A stretch of 64,000 bases of DNA from an uncultured Phycisphaerales bacterium (GTDB lineage Bacteria > Planctomycetota > Phycisphaerae > Sedimentisphaerales > Anaerobacaceae): NCBI GenBank assembly GCA_963718665.1, contig OY970359.1, forward strand, positions 2,368,001 to 2,432,000, in the 5' to 3' direction. Made by a program: the position numbers and the translations under genes. The notes beneath the pieces were generated by a model. That model saw only the letters and a program-made list of their open reading frames with translations. It had not been told where the DNA came from and did not search any database. The number at the start of each line of letters is the position of its first letter. Position 1 is the stretch's first letter. This document shows positions 1 to 10,792 of the stretch, one piece after another.

Positions 1-2
1 GC

Positions 3-329
3 GATATAATCGTTTTCTCAGTACGTGGGGAACCTGACCTTGGAGACGAGCTGCAGGCCATAATTGAGATGGTTGCTGGCGACGTCGATAGTAACGTCAT
101 CGTCAATTTCGTATGCGTCGATATCATCAAGAGCTCAAGCTTGACTAAGCTGCTCGGACTCAGGCAGGCATTGGTTGCCCGTGGGCGCCAGCTTGTGCTT
201 TGTAGTATTCATCCTTTAACTCAAAGCATACTGGAAATCACGGATATCAACAGCGTTTTTGCCATTGCCGCCGACAAAGAAGCCGGCGTATCCCTGATTC
301 GCAGCAACCAGTTTGCCCATGTATCGTAA
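3..329 (+). CDS. STAS-domain anti-sigma factor antagonist (5' truncated by window edge)
   Basis: Frame open back to window start; VNFVCVDIIKSSSLTKLL...LVLCSI...ILEITDIN matches the STAS pattern. Confidence 0.75.
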   Translation, partial: DIIVFSVRGEPDLGDELQAIIEMVAGDVDSNVIVNFVCVDIIKSSSLTKLLGLRQALVARGRQLVLCSIHPLTQSILEITDINSVFAIAADKEAGVSLIRSNQFAHVS

Positions 330-493
330 ATCAGGCAATCTGCCGAGCCAGTCCTAAACATACCTAATTTCCGAAAACCTGTTGCAATTTTTGTGATGAG
401 CGGTTAGCATCTATTTGGCCGGTCTGGCTTAGGATGTTCCACCATGACCGGGATTGCCGAGCAGGGACACATAGGTCAGGCAGGTTGGCCCCA

Positions 494-781
494 ATGGCAG
501 AAAAAACCCAAAATAAGCCGGGTAAAAGCGCCCCTAAGGGGGACGTCAGCGAATATATCAAGTCGCTAAGCGAGGAGTATCGCATGCTCGTCGTCCTCAA
601 GGCGCAATTGTATGGCAGAAGCTGGGAGCCAATGATTGACGACCTTCGCAACCGTCTCGTCGGCAAGCCGTATATTTTCAAGCTTGCCAGCAGAATCCAG
701 GATGATATTGAGCGAATTGAACAAATGCGGAAATTCGAGGCCGACCATAAAGTTGACCTCGCTGATTATGTAGAAGTGTGA
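494..781 (+). CDS. Small hypothetical protein
   Basis: ATG at 494 within ORF 434-781; natural composition (LYGRSWEPMIDDLRNRL...PYIFKL). Confidence 0.65.
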   Translation: MAEKTQNKPGKSAPKGDVSEYIKSLSEEYRMLVVLKAQLYGRSWEPMIDDLRNRLVGKPYIFKLASRIQDDIERIEQMRKFEADHKVDLADYVEV

Positions 782-856
782 TAACGCCTCGGTTTTATTG
801 TCGGGGCATAAAAAGTGTCGTCGGCTCGTAATTGGCCGGCGATGGAGGTGGTGAAT

Positions 857-1948
857 ATGCTGAAATCCAGTTTAACACTAATTGCAATAATGATTTCCCA
901 GATTGTTTTCACGTCGGTGCTTTCGGCTCAGGATGATTCGCAATGGTTGATTCCGCGAGCGATGGTCGCTTCGACCGAGCTTAAAATCGTCTGGCAGTTT
1001 AACCTGCCGATGGCCCAGGGCGAATCACTTAACGACATGCTTTTATGTGGTAATCGGCTTTGCACGTTATCCAGCGGGAATTACCTGTCCTGCATTAACA
1101 AAGCCGACGGCAACGTGATGTTCGCAAATTCCATTGCGCCGGCGGGGCTGCCGGTTGTTGACCTCGAATCATATAAGGGCGAATTGCTTACCATAGTGGG
1201 CAATAAGCTTGTCGAAATCAACGCCGATTTCGGCACCGAGAAGACAAAAACTCAAACAGATACCGGGGTAGTATGCCCGGTTGTTCGCAATGAGTCATTC
1301 TTTTATATTGCCGGCGCCGACAATCGTATTCGCGTATTCAGGGCCGACGACAAAGTAAAGGTTTTCGAGGTTGCCGCGGAGAATAATTCTCGTATAACGT
1401 CGGTTCTGGCTGAGAATGATTTCGTTGTTTTCGCTACAGAGGCAGGTAATGTAATCCGAATAGCCGCCGATAAAGCTGCGAAAATTTGGCAGTTTGATGC
1501 TCCCTCGGCTGTCGTCGGGCCGGTTGTTCACGACGCGACATCGTTATATTTTGCCTGCCGCGACACGTGCGTTTACCGTATCGAACTGTCTTCGGGCAAG
1601 CTGTTGTGGAAATACCAGACGCAGGGAGTTCTCGATACCGCACCTCAGCTCGGCGGCAAACTGGTTTACCAGTGCGTCCCAGGCATGGGTTTGGCTGCGA
1701 TTGACAAGCAAACCGGCAAACTTGTCTGGCAGGTTAAAGACGGCGCAGGGATGCTTTCTGAATCGGGCGATAAGACGTTTGTTATTACCAAGGGCGGGGT
1801 TCTGGTGGCGATGGACAGCTCCAAGGCGAAACAGCTTTATTCGGTCAATGTAGCCCTGCCGATTCAATATGCCGCCAACACGGCTGATTCGAGGATTTAT
1901 ATAGCCGACGCACAAGGGCGAATTGCCTGTCTTGAGCCGGCCAAATAA
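857..1948 (+). CDS. Exported PQQ-like beta-propeller repeat protein (BamB-like fold)
   Basis: GGAGGTG RBS before ATG 857; signal peptide; repeats such as SSGKLLWKY, QTGKLVWQV. Confidence 0.8.
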   Translation: MLKSSLTLIAIMISQIVFTSVLSAQDDSQWLIPRAMVASTELKIVWQFNLPMAQGESLNDMLLCGNRLCTLSSGNYLSCINKADGNVMFANSIAPAGLPVVDLESYKGELLTIVGNKLVEINADFGTEKTKTQTDTGVVCPVVRNESFFYIAGADNRIRVFRADDKVKVFEVAAENNSRITSVLAENDFVVFATEAGNVIRIAADKAAKIWQFDAPSAVVGPVVHDATSLYFACRDTCVYRIELSSGKLLWKYQTQGVLDTAPQLGGKLVYQCVPGMGLAAIDKQTGKLVWQVKDGAGMLSESGDKTFVITKGGVLVAMDSSKAKQLYSVNVALPIQYAANTADSRIYIADAQGRIACLEPAK

Positions 1949-1993
1949 TCGTTTTGCCAATATCTGGTTGTGATTTTGAAAGGGGACATTCAA

Positions 1994-3604
1994 ATGGATG
2001 TAAAAATCAAAACCGCTCTGATTAGTGTCTCCGATAAAACAGGGGTTGTAGATTTCGCACAAACGCTCGCTGATATGGGCGTCAAAATCATCAGCACGGG
2101 CGGCACCGCCCAATCGCTTGCCGATGCCGGGGTTGATGTTACTCCAATTGAAAAAGTTACCGGCTTTCCTGAAATGATGGACGGACGGGTCAAGACGCTG
2201 CATCCCCAAATTCACGGCGGATTGCTTGCGATTCGAGACAAGGCCGACCACAAGGCCGCGATGAAACAGCACGGAATCGAACCAATTGACCTGGTTTGCG
2301 TGAACCTTTATCCCTTCGAACAAACCGTCGCAAAGCCGGGTTGCAAATTCGAGGAGGCAATCGAAAATATCGATATCGGCGGCCCGAGTATGATTCGCTC
2401 CGCGGCGAAAAATCACAAGTTTGTCGCTGTCGTTACGAACCCGGACCAATATACATTAGTCATTGAGCAAATGAGAAAAAATAACGGCTCAGTAAACGAA
2501 GAACTTCGCGGCGAGCTGGCCAGGGCCGCGTTTGCCCTTACGGCGTCTTACGATGCTGCGATATCGCGATATCTCAACAAAAAAGCGGATGTTGAATTTC
2601 CGGAACGCCTTTCAATTCCGCTCAAAAGAGAGATGTCTCTTCGCTACGGCGAAAACCCGCACCAGCCGGCGGCATTTTATAAGCTCACTGCCAGCGGCGA
2701 ACCCTGCGTCGGTGCAGGCAAGATTATGCAGGCGGATACCGAAATAAGTTTCAATAACCTGCTGGATTCAAACGCTGCTTTCGAGCTGGTCAAAGAATTC
2801 GATGAACCGGCGGCTGTTATTATCAAGCATCTCAATCCCTGCGGCTGTGCTATCGACGATGATATTTGCATCGCTTACCGCAAGGCATACGAGGGCGACG
2901 TAACAAGCGCGTTTGGCGGAATCGTGGCAGTCAACCGCAAAGTCAATATCGAGCTTGCGCAAACGATTATGGAATCATATAGCAGGTTCGGCAAGGCCCT
3001 TGGCGCAGAGGGGTTCTTCGCCGAGGTAATTATCGCTCCGCAGTTTGAGCCCGAGGCAATCGAGATAATCCGCACGCTGAAAAGCTGGGGCAGCCGGGTG
3101 CGCCTTGTTGAGACGGGCGCAATCGATAAAAACAAAATCGACGCAGGTGAATTTGACCTTCGCTGCATAGTAGGGGGTGTGCTTATTCAAAAACGCGACC
3201 TCGTCGGCTGGGAGCCGAAATTACTAACTGTTCCCACGAAAACAAAACCCACCGAGGAACAACTCGCCGACCTCCGCGTTGCCTGGCTTGCCGCCAAACA
3301 CACAAAAAGCAACGCAATCGTCCTTGCCAAAGGCCGTAAAATCATCGGCATCGGCGCGGGCCAAATGAACCGCGTGCAGTCGGGTTTCATCGCTGTCAAG
3401 CACGCGGGAGAGCAGTCAAAGGGATCTGTTATGGCCTCTGATGCGTTCTTCCCGTTCCCTGACAATGTCGATAATGCCGCACAGGCGGGAATCGTCGCAA
3501 TTGCTCAGCCGGGCGGCTCCAAGAAGGATGATGAAGTTATCGCCGCCGCAAACAAATATGGCATTGCGATGGTCTTCACCGGCAAACGACACTTCAAACA
3601 TTAA
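1994..3604 (+). CDS. purH: Bifunctional AICAR transformylase/IMP cyclohydrolase
   Basis: [57 protein letters not shown]-terminal RHFKH. Confidence 0.98.
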   Translation: MDVKIKTALISVSDKTGVVDFAQTLADMGVKIISTGGTAQSLADAGVDVTPIEKVTGFPEMMDGRVKTLHPQIHGGLLAIRDKADHKAAMKQHGIEPIDLVCVNLYPFEQTVAKPGCKFEEAIENIDIGGPSMIRSAAKNHKFVAVVTNPDQYTLVIEQMRKNNGSVNEELRGELARAAFALTASYDAAISRYLNKKADVEFPERLSIPLKREMSLRYGENPHQPAAFYKLTASGEPCVGAGKIMQADTEISFNNLLDSNAAFELVKEFDEPAAVIIKHLNPCGCAIDDDICIAYRKAYEGDVTSAFGGIVAVNRKVNIELAQTIMESYSRFGKALGAEGFFAEVIIAPQFEPEAIEIIRTLKSWGSRVRLVETGAIDKNKIDAGEFDLRCIVGGVLIQKRDLVGWEPKLLTVPTKTKPTEEQLADLRVAWLAAKHTKSNAIVLAKGRKIIGIGAGQMNRVQSGFIAVKHAGEQSKGSVMASDAFFPFPDNVDNAAQAGIVAIAQPGGSKKDDEVIAAANKYGIAMVFTGKRHFKH

Positions 3605-3640
3605 TTGAATCGGGGTTTATCCCGCCAATCATATAAAAAT

Positions 3641-3669
3641 AAAAAGCCCGACGAAGTGTCGGGCTTTTT
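3641..3669. terminator. Bidirectional intrinsic terminator between convergent purH and metK
   Basis: AAAAAGCCCGAC-gaagt-GTCGGGCTTTTT perfect stem with A/T tracts on both sides. Confidence 0.85.
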
Positions 3670-3697
3670 GTGTTTTTTCCATTTGTGGCTTGTGTTG

Positions 3698-4882
3698 CTA
3701 TATGCCGGCGGCCTTGCGGAGTTTTGCGGCCATATCAGTTTTTTCCCAGGTAAATTCGGGGAGGTTTCGGCCAAAGTGTCCGCCGTGGCTGGTCTTCGAG
3801 TAAATCGGCCTTTCGAGGTTCAGGTGCGTAATCATTCCCTTTGGGGTGAGCGGGAAAAGCTTGCGGATGATTTCGCTGAGTTTTTTATCGCTGATTTTGC
3901 CCGTGCCCTTTGTATCGACGAGCACCGAAAGCGGGTCAGCGAAGCCGATGACGTAAGACAGTTGAATTTCGCAGGCGTCCGCGAGGCCGGCTGCGACGAT
4001 GTTCTTTGCGACATATCGCGCCATATAGCTTGCGGTCCTGTCAACCTTTGTGGGGTCTTTGCCGCTGAAGCATCCGCCGCCGTGTCTGCCTTTTCCGCCG
4101 TAGGTATCGACGATAATTTTTCTGCCCGTCAGGCCGCAGTCGCCAGCGGGGCCTCCTATCACGAATTTGCCCGTGGCGTTGATGTGAAAGATTGTGCGTT
4201 TATCGATAAGTTTTTTCGGCAGGACCGGCAGCACAACCTTTTCGATTATCTGCTTGCGCAACTGGGCGTGAGAGATATCCGGGTCGTGCTGTGCGGCGAC
4301 AACGACCACGGGGATATGCGATGGTTTGCCGTTGGTGTATTCGACTGTTACCTGGCTTTTGCCGTCGGGTCGCAGCCAGGGGAGTTTCTTTGTTTGTCTC
4401 ATTTGTTCAAGGCGGGTTGTTATCGCGTGTGCCAGTTGAATCGGCATCGGCATAAGCTGGGGCGTGTCTTTGCAGGCGTATCCGAACATTAGGCCCTGGT
4501 CGCCCGCGCCTTGTTCCTTGTGCAGTCCTGCGCCTTCGGTTACGCCCTGTGAGATATCCGGGCTTTGCCGGCCTATCGAAACCAGCACCGCGCAGTTTTC
4601 GTAATGAAAACCAATTGCCGGGTCATCATAGCCGATTTCTTTAATTGCCTGGCGTGCGACTGCCGGTATATCAACTAAAGCTTTGGTAGTTATTTCACCT
4701 GCCACAACCACCATATCGTTTTTGACCAGCGTTTCACAGGCAACCCTGCTTTTCTTGTCCTTGGCGAGGCAGGCATCCAGGACTGCGTCGGATATGCAAT
4801 CCGCGACTTTGTCCGGGTGTCCCATCGTTACCGATTCGCTGGTGAAAAAATACGTTTGGTTGCCGCTATTTTGTTTTGCCAT
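3698..4882 (-). CDS. metK: S-adenosylmethionine synthetase
   Basis: [48 protein letters not shown]. Confidence 0.98.
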   Translation of the reverse strand: MAKQNSGNQTYFFTSESVTMGHPDKVADCISDAVLDACLAKDKKSRVACETLVKNDMVVVAGEITTKALVDIPAVARQAIKEIGYDDPAIGFHYENCAVLVSIGRQSPDISQGVTEGAGLHKEQGAGDQGLMFGYACKDTPQLMPMPIQLAHAITTRLEQMRQTKKLPWLRPDGKSQVTVEYTNGKPSHIPVVVVAAQHDPDISHAQLRKQIIEKVVLPVLPKKLIDKRTIFHINATGKFVIGGPAGDCGLTGRKIIVDTYGGKGRHGGGCFSGKDPTKVDRTASYMARYVAKNIVAAGLADACEIQLSYVIGFADPLSVLVDTKGTGKISDKKLSEIIRKLFPLTPKGMITHLNLERPIYSKTSHGGHFGRNLPEFTWEKTDMAAKLRKAAGI

Positions 4883-4924
4883 TTTTAATTTATCCCATTA
4901 TTAAAATGTTGCGTTCAATCCGGC

Positions 4925-6124
4925 TTATTGGCCGGCACGGTCGTTAAGCGTCCAGTCATATCTGAGAAATTCAACCGTATAATTGCCTGTCTCAAGATAA
5001 TCGACGTCCTGCGGAGAAACATATTTGGTCAAAAAGTTGAGAATTGCCCTTACGGCCGGCTCCTGCTGCTTGAATTTCAGGTCGGTGCCGTATTTGGCAA
5101 TAAACTGGTTGCCGTACCATGTGGAGTTCAATATCGACGACAGATATACCTTCTGATTTTCCCTGTCAATCTTGAAGGCGTGCTGGCCGGCGAGAAATTT
5201 CTTTACCTGGTCGTCAAACTGCACCGAAAGATTTCGGCCGCAATATGCCTCGTTTCGCAAAGGCGTTCCTGAAACCGAAGCGTATGATATCGCAAAGAAT
5301 GCCAGGGGCTCGCCGAATTCGTTTTGTAAGAACCGCTGGTCTATTTCCTGCAGCGTAAATTCCTCGTTCATCATGATAAACTTGTGCTCATCCCATATTC
5401 CTTTTATGTGCCTGATGCTGTTGGGGGGCCAGAAAAGCCGAAGCATCCTGTTTGACTCTATAGGGTAATTGTCCACGATTATTTTTATGAAGTTCAGATT
5501 ATACCCGTTTATCCAGAATGCGAGCTTGTCGTCTTTTGACCAGGAGTTATATTCATTGCGGTCAAGTTTTCTGAACTGCTCAAGCAGTTTAGCCATCTCC
5601 ATTTTTTTGTGTGAAAGCGCCTTATAATCGACCAATCCGTCCTTGTTCACATATTTTTTCAAAAACTCTGTAACTTGGTCGAACAAATGGGTCGCTGTGT
5701 TGTTTATAGCAGGTGATGTTGGCCGCGATTTTGCAGAATCGGTCTCGGCCTTCGCCGGTTTTGGCGTAACCGCTTGCTGCGTATTTGGTTCTGCCGGTTT
5801 TGCCGCTTGTGCTGTCGGCTCAACTACAGTAACAGTAGTTGTATTTGGTTCAGCAGGTTTTGTTGCCTGCACAGTTGGCTTGGCTACAGGGGCTGCCGGA
5901 ATATTTGGTTCCTGTTGCACGGCCTGCTCGATTTTTACCGGTTCCGGCTTTACCTCAACCGTATTTGGCTCGATTGCCTTTGCGGGTGCTGTTGCCGGCT
6001 GCGGCGTAACGGCCGCGGCAGGGGGATTTGATGGTGCAGCGACGTTTGTCGATTTCTGCTCGCAACCCCAGCTAACCAGCAATGTTACCGTTAATATTCC
6101 CGTCAAAACGATGTTTTTGCTCAT
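4925..6124 (-). CDS. DUF547-domain lipoprotein with Pro/Ala/Thr-rich linker
   Basis: Likely start MSKNIVL; lipobox LLVSWGC; GLVDYKAL, KLAFWINGYN and C-terminal YDWTLND typical of DUF547. Confidence 0.8.
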   Translation of the reverse strand: MSKNIVLTGILTVTLLVSWGCEQKSTNVAAPSNPPAAAVTPQPATAPAKAIEPNTVEVKPEPVKIEQAVQQEPNIPAAPVAKPTVQATKPAEPNTTTVTVVEPTAQAAKPAEPNTQQAVTPKPAKAETDSAKSRPTSPAINNTATHLFDQVTEFLKKYVNKDGLVDYKALSHKKMEMAKLLEQFRKLDRNEYNSWSKDDKLAFWINGYNLNFIKIIVDNYPIESNRMLRLFWPPNSIRHIKGIWDEHKFIMMNEEFTLQEIDQRFLQNEFGEPLAFFAISYASVSGTPLRNEAYCGRNLSVQFDDQVKKFLAGQHAFKIDRENQKVYLSSILNSTWYGNQFIAKYGTDLKFKQQEPAVRAILNFLTKYVSPQDVDYLETGNYTVEFLRYDWTLNDRAGQ

Positions 6125-6252
6125 ATTATACATTCCATTATTAACACGCAATTTATATACAGACACCAGCCCAAAACACTTAATAATAAAAGAATTGGCC
6201 GATAAATGCAATAGCCAAATGGCCGCTTTTTCTGTTGTTGGCACCAAGAAAC

Positions 6253-7695
6253 TTACCCTTTCAGCACCGCCAGCGGGGTCATTCTGGCCACGGGTTTTGT
6301 CCAGCCGCACTGGGTTACAATCCGGACTACCTCGTCTATGTTCTTATATGCCGCAGGGGCCTCTTCCTTTATACGGCGTTTGTCGCCCGTAATCAGTGTT
6401 ATCCCGGTCATACTCCTTTTGAATTCGGCGTCGCTAATCAGGGCGGCTCCGGCGTTTTTACCGTGCCTGCCCAGACCTGATGCGGCTGTCCTGCTCATAA
6501 CCCGGCCTGCGCCGTGATTCACCGAGCAAAGCGACTCCTCCGAATTGCCCGTTCCCACCATAAGATAACTGGCAGTTCCCATTGAGCCGGGTGTGATTAT
6601 CGGCTGGCCTACCTGTTCAAAGGGGGTTGCTTTCATAAGGGCTGGCCCGAAGGCCCGCGTAGCGCCTTTGCGATGAACCCAAAGCGACTTACCCTCGTGC
6701 GTTTCCAGTTTCGCCATATTATGAGGCACGTCATATACCAATGGCATAGGTGTTGGCCCGAACATCCGCGAAAAGCATCGCCGGACCAATAACGCCATAA
6801 TGTGCCGATTTACGAACGCGAAATTTGCCGCGGCGCCCATCGCGGCAATATACCTTTTACCCTGCGGACTGTTTGTGTCGAGAAAACTGAGCATTTTGCG
6901 TCTGCTTTCCATCTGGGGCTGGTTAGCCGCGACGCTCATATACTCATCCGCAACCTCATACCCGAAACGCCGAGAGCCCGAGTGTATCATTACTACTATC
7001 TGATTTTCAAAAAGCCCGAAGAACTTAGCTAATTGCTCATCGAAAATTTTCTGCACAAGCTGTATTTCGATAAAATGATTGCCGCCGCCAAGTGTTCCCA
7101 ACTGGTCTGCGCCTTTTTCAATCGCCAGTTTCGGTGCTGCTCCCATATCCGCTGGCATTTGACCATTGTCCTCAATCCTTCTTATGTCTTCGGCAAACTC
7201 CCGCTCATCAAATGCCTCCCAGGCCCTGTGTTTGACTTTTTGAACAAGTTTCGGCAGACCGGCAACTCCTTCAGTTGTTACGATTTCAAGCTGGTGCTTG
7301 TCCAATGACAGATTGCTCATTCCTTCGCCGAGCGGTATATCTCTGGCAATCGAATTCGCAATATCATCGGTGTTTATCTGGCCTTTTGTGAAGGGTGTCC
7401 GCAATAACCGCATTCCGCAGTTTATGTCGTAACCCACCGCGGGCGGCATTATCGCGTCTTCAAGGCCCAGAACCGCCCCGATAGGTATGCCGAACCCGAC
7501 GTGAATATCCGCCGTTGCCAAAACCTTTTTCGCGGGAGGCAGACACGCTGAATCGTAAAGCTGTCTTATTGCCTCCTGTTCGATATTTATTTCATTCGAT
7601 GCGAATACCGTGGCATCGACGACCATTTGGCCTTTTTGCTCCATCCGCAGCCGAAAAGGGTCTATCCGAACGAGTTGGGCTTCTGTTCCGGTCAT
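6253..7695 (-). CDS. rtcB: RNA ligase RtcB
   Basis: DIHVGFGIPIG, GYDINCG, QLGTLGGGNHFIE, HSGSR, HRKGATR, PGSMG, HGAGR, EEAPAAYK. Confidence 0.96.
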   Translation of the reverse strand: MTGTEAQLVRIDPFRLRMEQKGQMVVDATVFASNEINIEQEAIRQLYDSACLPPAKKVLATADIHVGFGIPIGAVLGLEDAIMPPAVGYDINCGMRLLRTPFTKGQINTDDIANSIARDIPLGEGMSNLSLDKHQLEIVTTEGVAGLPKLVQKVKHRAWEAFDEREFAEDIRRIEDNGQMPADMGAAPKLAIEKGADQLGTLGGGNHFIEIQLVQKIFDEQLAKFFGLFENQIVVMIHSGSRRFGYEVADEYMSVAANQPQMESRRKMLSFLDTNSPQGKRYIAAMGAAANFAFVNRHIMALLVRRCFSRMFGPTPMPLVYDVPHNMAKLETHEGKSLWVHRKGATRAFGPALMKATPFEQVGQPIITPGSMGTASYLMVGTGNSEESLCSVNHGAGRVMSRTAASGLGRHGKNAGAALISDAEFKRSMTGITLITGDKRRIKEEAPAAYKNIDEVVRIVTQCGWTKPVARMTPLAVLKG

Positions 7696-7789
7696 AAATA
7701 AATCCTTATGCCATATTATACGCCGGGCCTGTGGAATCAGTTAGCGTAAAAACCCGCGAAAAAGGCCGACCAAAACGCGTTTAATCGGC

Positions 7790-7818
7790 TTGACAAACAA
7801 GCGTCTGCGTGTTACTCT
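7790..7818 (+). promoter_or_regulatory. Sigma70-type promoter upstream of the 7866 gene/ABC cluster
   Basis: TTGACA-17 nt-TACTCT with TGn extended -10. Confidence 0.6.
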
Positions 7819-7865
7819 ATTGCATTGTGAACAAAGAGGTTGTAACCCTTTAGGGGCGTTTACGG

Positions 7866-8969
7866 ATGACTATGAAATCATTATCGCTTGTCGTCGGCAT
7901 CATATCTGTTTTTTGCGTTTTTTCAGCATCTGTCAGGGCTGTTGACAGTTTGGCTATTGAGGCCGTTCGTGCTAAGTCGGTACTCGATGAGGCCGATTTT
8001 AAGACCATCGATGACTTTGTCGCCAAGGCAGTCGCCGAGATACTGATTACCGAGGACTTCTCTTCGATTTCCAATACCCGTGCCATAATCGTTGCCAATA
8101 GCGCCAGCACCCAGCCAAATCAGACGCAGTTTGCCGAGCAGTTTTCCAAGTCCGCTCAGAACTATATTTCGGCGGCGTTGTTGAAGGCCGAAGGTATGAC
8201 GCCGGCAGACCGGAGTTTTAAGCTTGTTACAAACCTGCTTATGCTTACGGATGCTCTTGCGGATATTCGCCTGGCGGAGGTGGCTCTTAAATACGTTGAC
8301 AGCAAAAATGAGGTGATTAGATACTGGGCCGTTCACTGCGTGACAAATCCGGAAATCACCGAAAAGCTGAATAGCCCCAAGGCCATTGATACTGCCCGGC
8401 AGGTAAGTAAGCGTCTCGATGAAATCGTTGCGACAAGCAGTCCCGATACGCTGGGGCTTATCGCTTCTTTTGCCGGCTCGATTAAGATAGCGGAAGGCGA
8501 GTCGCTTCTGCTTAAGGTAGCCGACCGGCGAATCGCGTCTTATGCGGACTGGACTGTTGAGCGGGAGCTTACGGACGGCAAGATTTTGCAGATACTCGGC
8601 GACAGGATGGCCTCTTCCAGCGCCAGTAAGGAGGCGGTCGGGAAAAGATTCGGACAGTTGCTATCATACGTTTTTCAGCGATATATAAAAGGCGCTGAAG
8701 TTCTTGACGCGGGTCAAAAGGAACAACTCGTTTCCGTTCTTGTCGAGACGGAACAGTCCTGCCTGAGCAAAATTACAGGCAAGCCCCGGTTCAACATTAA
8801 AAAAGCGATTGAATCCGGGGATATCAATGCCTTACAACAGGAGCATAACAACCTGCTTGGCGATGAGACAAAAGCGGGGGAGCTGAACATTAATTACGGT
8901 AAAGACGCCGGCGGAGCCGTGATAACACATCCGCTTGCCCTTGCATCGCCGCCAGCGGAATCGAAATAG
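7866..8969 (+). CDS. Exported alpha-helical (HEAT-like) hypothetical protein
   Basis: 367-aa ORF with signal peptide and helical composition (NEVIRYWAV). Confidence 0.7.
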   Translation: MTMKSLSLVVGIISVFCVFSASVRAVDSLAIEAVRAKSVLDEADFKTIDDFVAKAVAEILITEDFSSISNTRAIIVANSASTQPNQTQFAEQFSKSAQNYISAALLKAEGMTPADRSFKLVTNLLMLTDALADIRLAEVALKYVDSKNEVIRYWAVHCVTNPEITEKLNSPKAIDTARQVSKRLDEIVATSSPDTLGLIASFAGSIKIAEGESLLLKVADRRIASYADWTVERELTDGKILQILGDRMASSSASKEAVGKRFGQLLSYVFQRYIKGAEVLDAGQKEQLVSVLVETEQSCLSKITGKPRFNIKKAIESGDINALQQEHNNLLGDETKAGELNINYGKDAGGAVITHPLALASPPAESK

Positions 8970-9035
8970 CCGACGGAAGTTTTAGAACTGAAGGAACGTT
9001 TAAGTTTCGCCAGACATTGGAGGTTTGGCCTTATA

Positions 9036-10781
9036 ATGAACCATCGAACAAACGCCGCGTGGTTTTTCCTATTATTTCTTCTCGCAGGCGTTATTACACT
9101 CCAAATTTTATCGATGATCCGGTCGGACCGCCTTTACGTCGCACTCAACAAAATAGAACGGAGCATCGAAGGCGATGATTCACAGGCAAAACCGGAAACC
9201 GCGTCGAAAATTTTTCAGTCCTCCGGCGAAACATATCCCGGTGATGACGGCGACTGGCTAATCTGGGCGTTTAGGGTTGAGCCGAAGACGCTGAACCAGA
9301 TAAACGCGGAGAACGACATTTACTCTCGCTGGATTACAATGTCTGCTATTTTTGAGCCGTTGATGGTTTATGATTTTGACGAGGTGAAGCTTAAGCCGCA
9401 CCTTGCGGAAAGCGTTGATATTTCCAGAGACGGCCTTGAGATTACGTTTCATCTTCGCGATGACATTCACTTTTCCGATGGCGTCCCGATTACCGCGGAT
9501 GATGTTATATTCACCTATCAAACCGTCATAGACCCAAACGTTGACGCCGCGAATCTTGCGAATATGTATGTTGATGTTGACCGGGTTGAGAAAATCAGCG
9601 ACCGCGTTGTCAAATTTTATATGAAACAGCCGTATTTCAAGGCCCTTGAGGTGCTTTCGTTCTGGGACATAGGAATTTATCCAAAACACATTTATCAGTT
9701 CAAAGACGCCAAAGAGTTCAACAAACGGGTTTCTGAGCCCATAGGCAGCGGCCCGTATGTTTTCGAACGTTGGGACGTAGGCAAGCAGATTGTCCTTCGC
9801 AGGAACGAAAATTACTGGGGCCGCAAGCCGCATATAAAAAAAATAGTGTATAAATTCATAAATAATTCGATTGCCGCGGCTCAGGCGCTTAAGGCGCACC
9901 AGGTTGATATTATTGTCGCACATGATTCCGAGCTGTTCGCCAATTTTGACGCCGACGAAGAGTTCAAAAAGGAGTTTTCTTGCCTGGCTTATTGGAACCC
10001 CGGCGTTCCTTTTTATTACATTGGCTATAACGAGGATTTGCCTTTTTTCTCGGATGCGCGGGTTCGTATGGCGATGACGCTGAATATTAATCGTGAGCTA
10101 ATCATATCAAAGCTGCTTAAGGGCTACGGCCAGGCAATCACGGGGCCATTTTATAGCAAGGGGACACAAAACGACCCTGCTATTAAGTCATGGCCATACG
10201 ACCCCGAGCAGGCGAAAAAACTGCTCGATGAGGCCGGCTGGATTGATCATGACGGTGACGGAGTCAGGGATAAAGACGGTGTCGTTTTCCGGTTCAGGCT
10301 TTCATACGCTGCCGGTGACTCTTTGTATGAACGCTTGGCGGTGTTACTGAAGGACGAGATGGCCAAAATCGGTATCGAGGTCATTCCTGACCCTTACGAG
10401 TGGTCGGCCCTGCTGCCTAAAATCACCGAAAGACATTTCGAGGCGATGATTATGGGCTGGGGCGGGGATATTGTCGAGGACTACTACCCGGTTTTCCATT
10501 CCTCGCAAATCGGCAAAGGCGGTTATAACTATGTCGGCTTCCGTAATTTGGAAGCCGATACGATATTAGAGCAAATCCGTCGCACTATCGACATCGGTCA
10601 GCAGGACGTTCTTTGTCATCGGCTGCACAGGATTCTGCATGAGCAGGAGCCCTACACCTTATTATTTGCCAGGCCGACGTTTCGTCTTGTTGATAAACGC
10701 TTCGAAAACGTTAAGATTCATAACATGGGCCTGAATTATTTTGAGTGGTATGTGCCGAAGGAAAAACAAAGATATAAATAA
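9036..10781 (+). CDS. ABC transporter substrate-binding protein, family 5 (OppA/DppA/AppA-like)
   Basis: LRDDIHFSDGVPITADDV, PIGSGPY, L.RNENYWG; N-terminal membrane anchor. Confidence 0.92.
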   Translation: MNHRTNAAWFFLLFLLAGVITLQILSMIRSDRLYVALNKIERSIEGDDSQAKPETASKIFQSSGETYPGDDGDWLIWAFRVEPKTLNQINAENDIYSRWITMSAIFEPLMVYDFDEVKLKPHLAESVDISRDGLEITFHLRDDIHFSDGVPITADDVIFTYQTVIDPNVDAANLANMYVDVDRVEKISDRVVKFYMKQPYFKALEVLSFWDIGIYPKHIYQFKDAKEFNKRVSEPIGSGPYVFERWDVGKQIVLRRNENYWGRKPHIKKIVYKFINNSIAAAQALKAHQVDIIVAHDSELFANFDADEEFKKEFSCLAYWNPGVPFYYIGYNEDLPFFSDARVRMAMTLNINRELIISKLLKGYGQAITGPFYSKGTQNDPAIKSWPYDPEQAKKLLDEAGWIDHDGDGVRDKDGVVFRFRLSYAAGDSLYERLAVLLKDEMAKIGIEVIPDPYEWSALLPKITERHFEAMIMGWGGDIVEDYYPVFHSSQIGKGGYNYVGFRNLEADTILEQIRRTIDIGQQDVLCHRLHRILHEQEPYTLLFARPTFRLVDKRFENVKIHNMGLNYFEWYVPKEKQRYK

Positions 10782-10792
10782 AGGACGATTTT

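Noticed and set aside
1544..2449. 301-aa minus-strand ORF
   Set aside because: Antisense shadow of the propeller gene and purH; no motifs
3605..4492. 295-aa plus-strand ORF
   Set aside because: Antisense shadow of metK crossing the terminator
4883..4924. SAM riboswitch upstream of metK
   Set aside because: Gap is only 42 nt and AT-rich; no recognisable riboswitch core
5643..6392. 249-aa hydrophobic ORF
   Set aside because: Antisense of the Pro/Ala/Thr linker of the DUF547 gene
6253..7695. rtcB as part of a special RNA-repair or defence module
   Set aside because: No rtcA, archease, Ro/Y RNA or toxin next to it; sits among housekeeping genes
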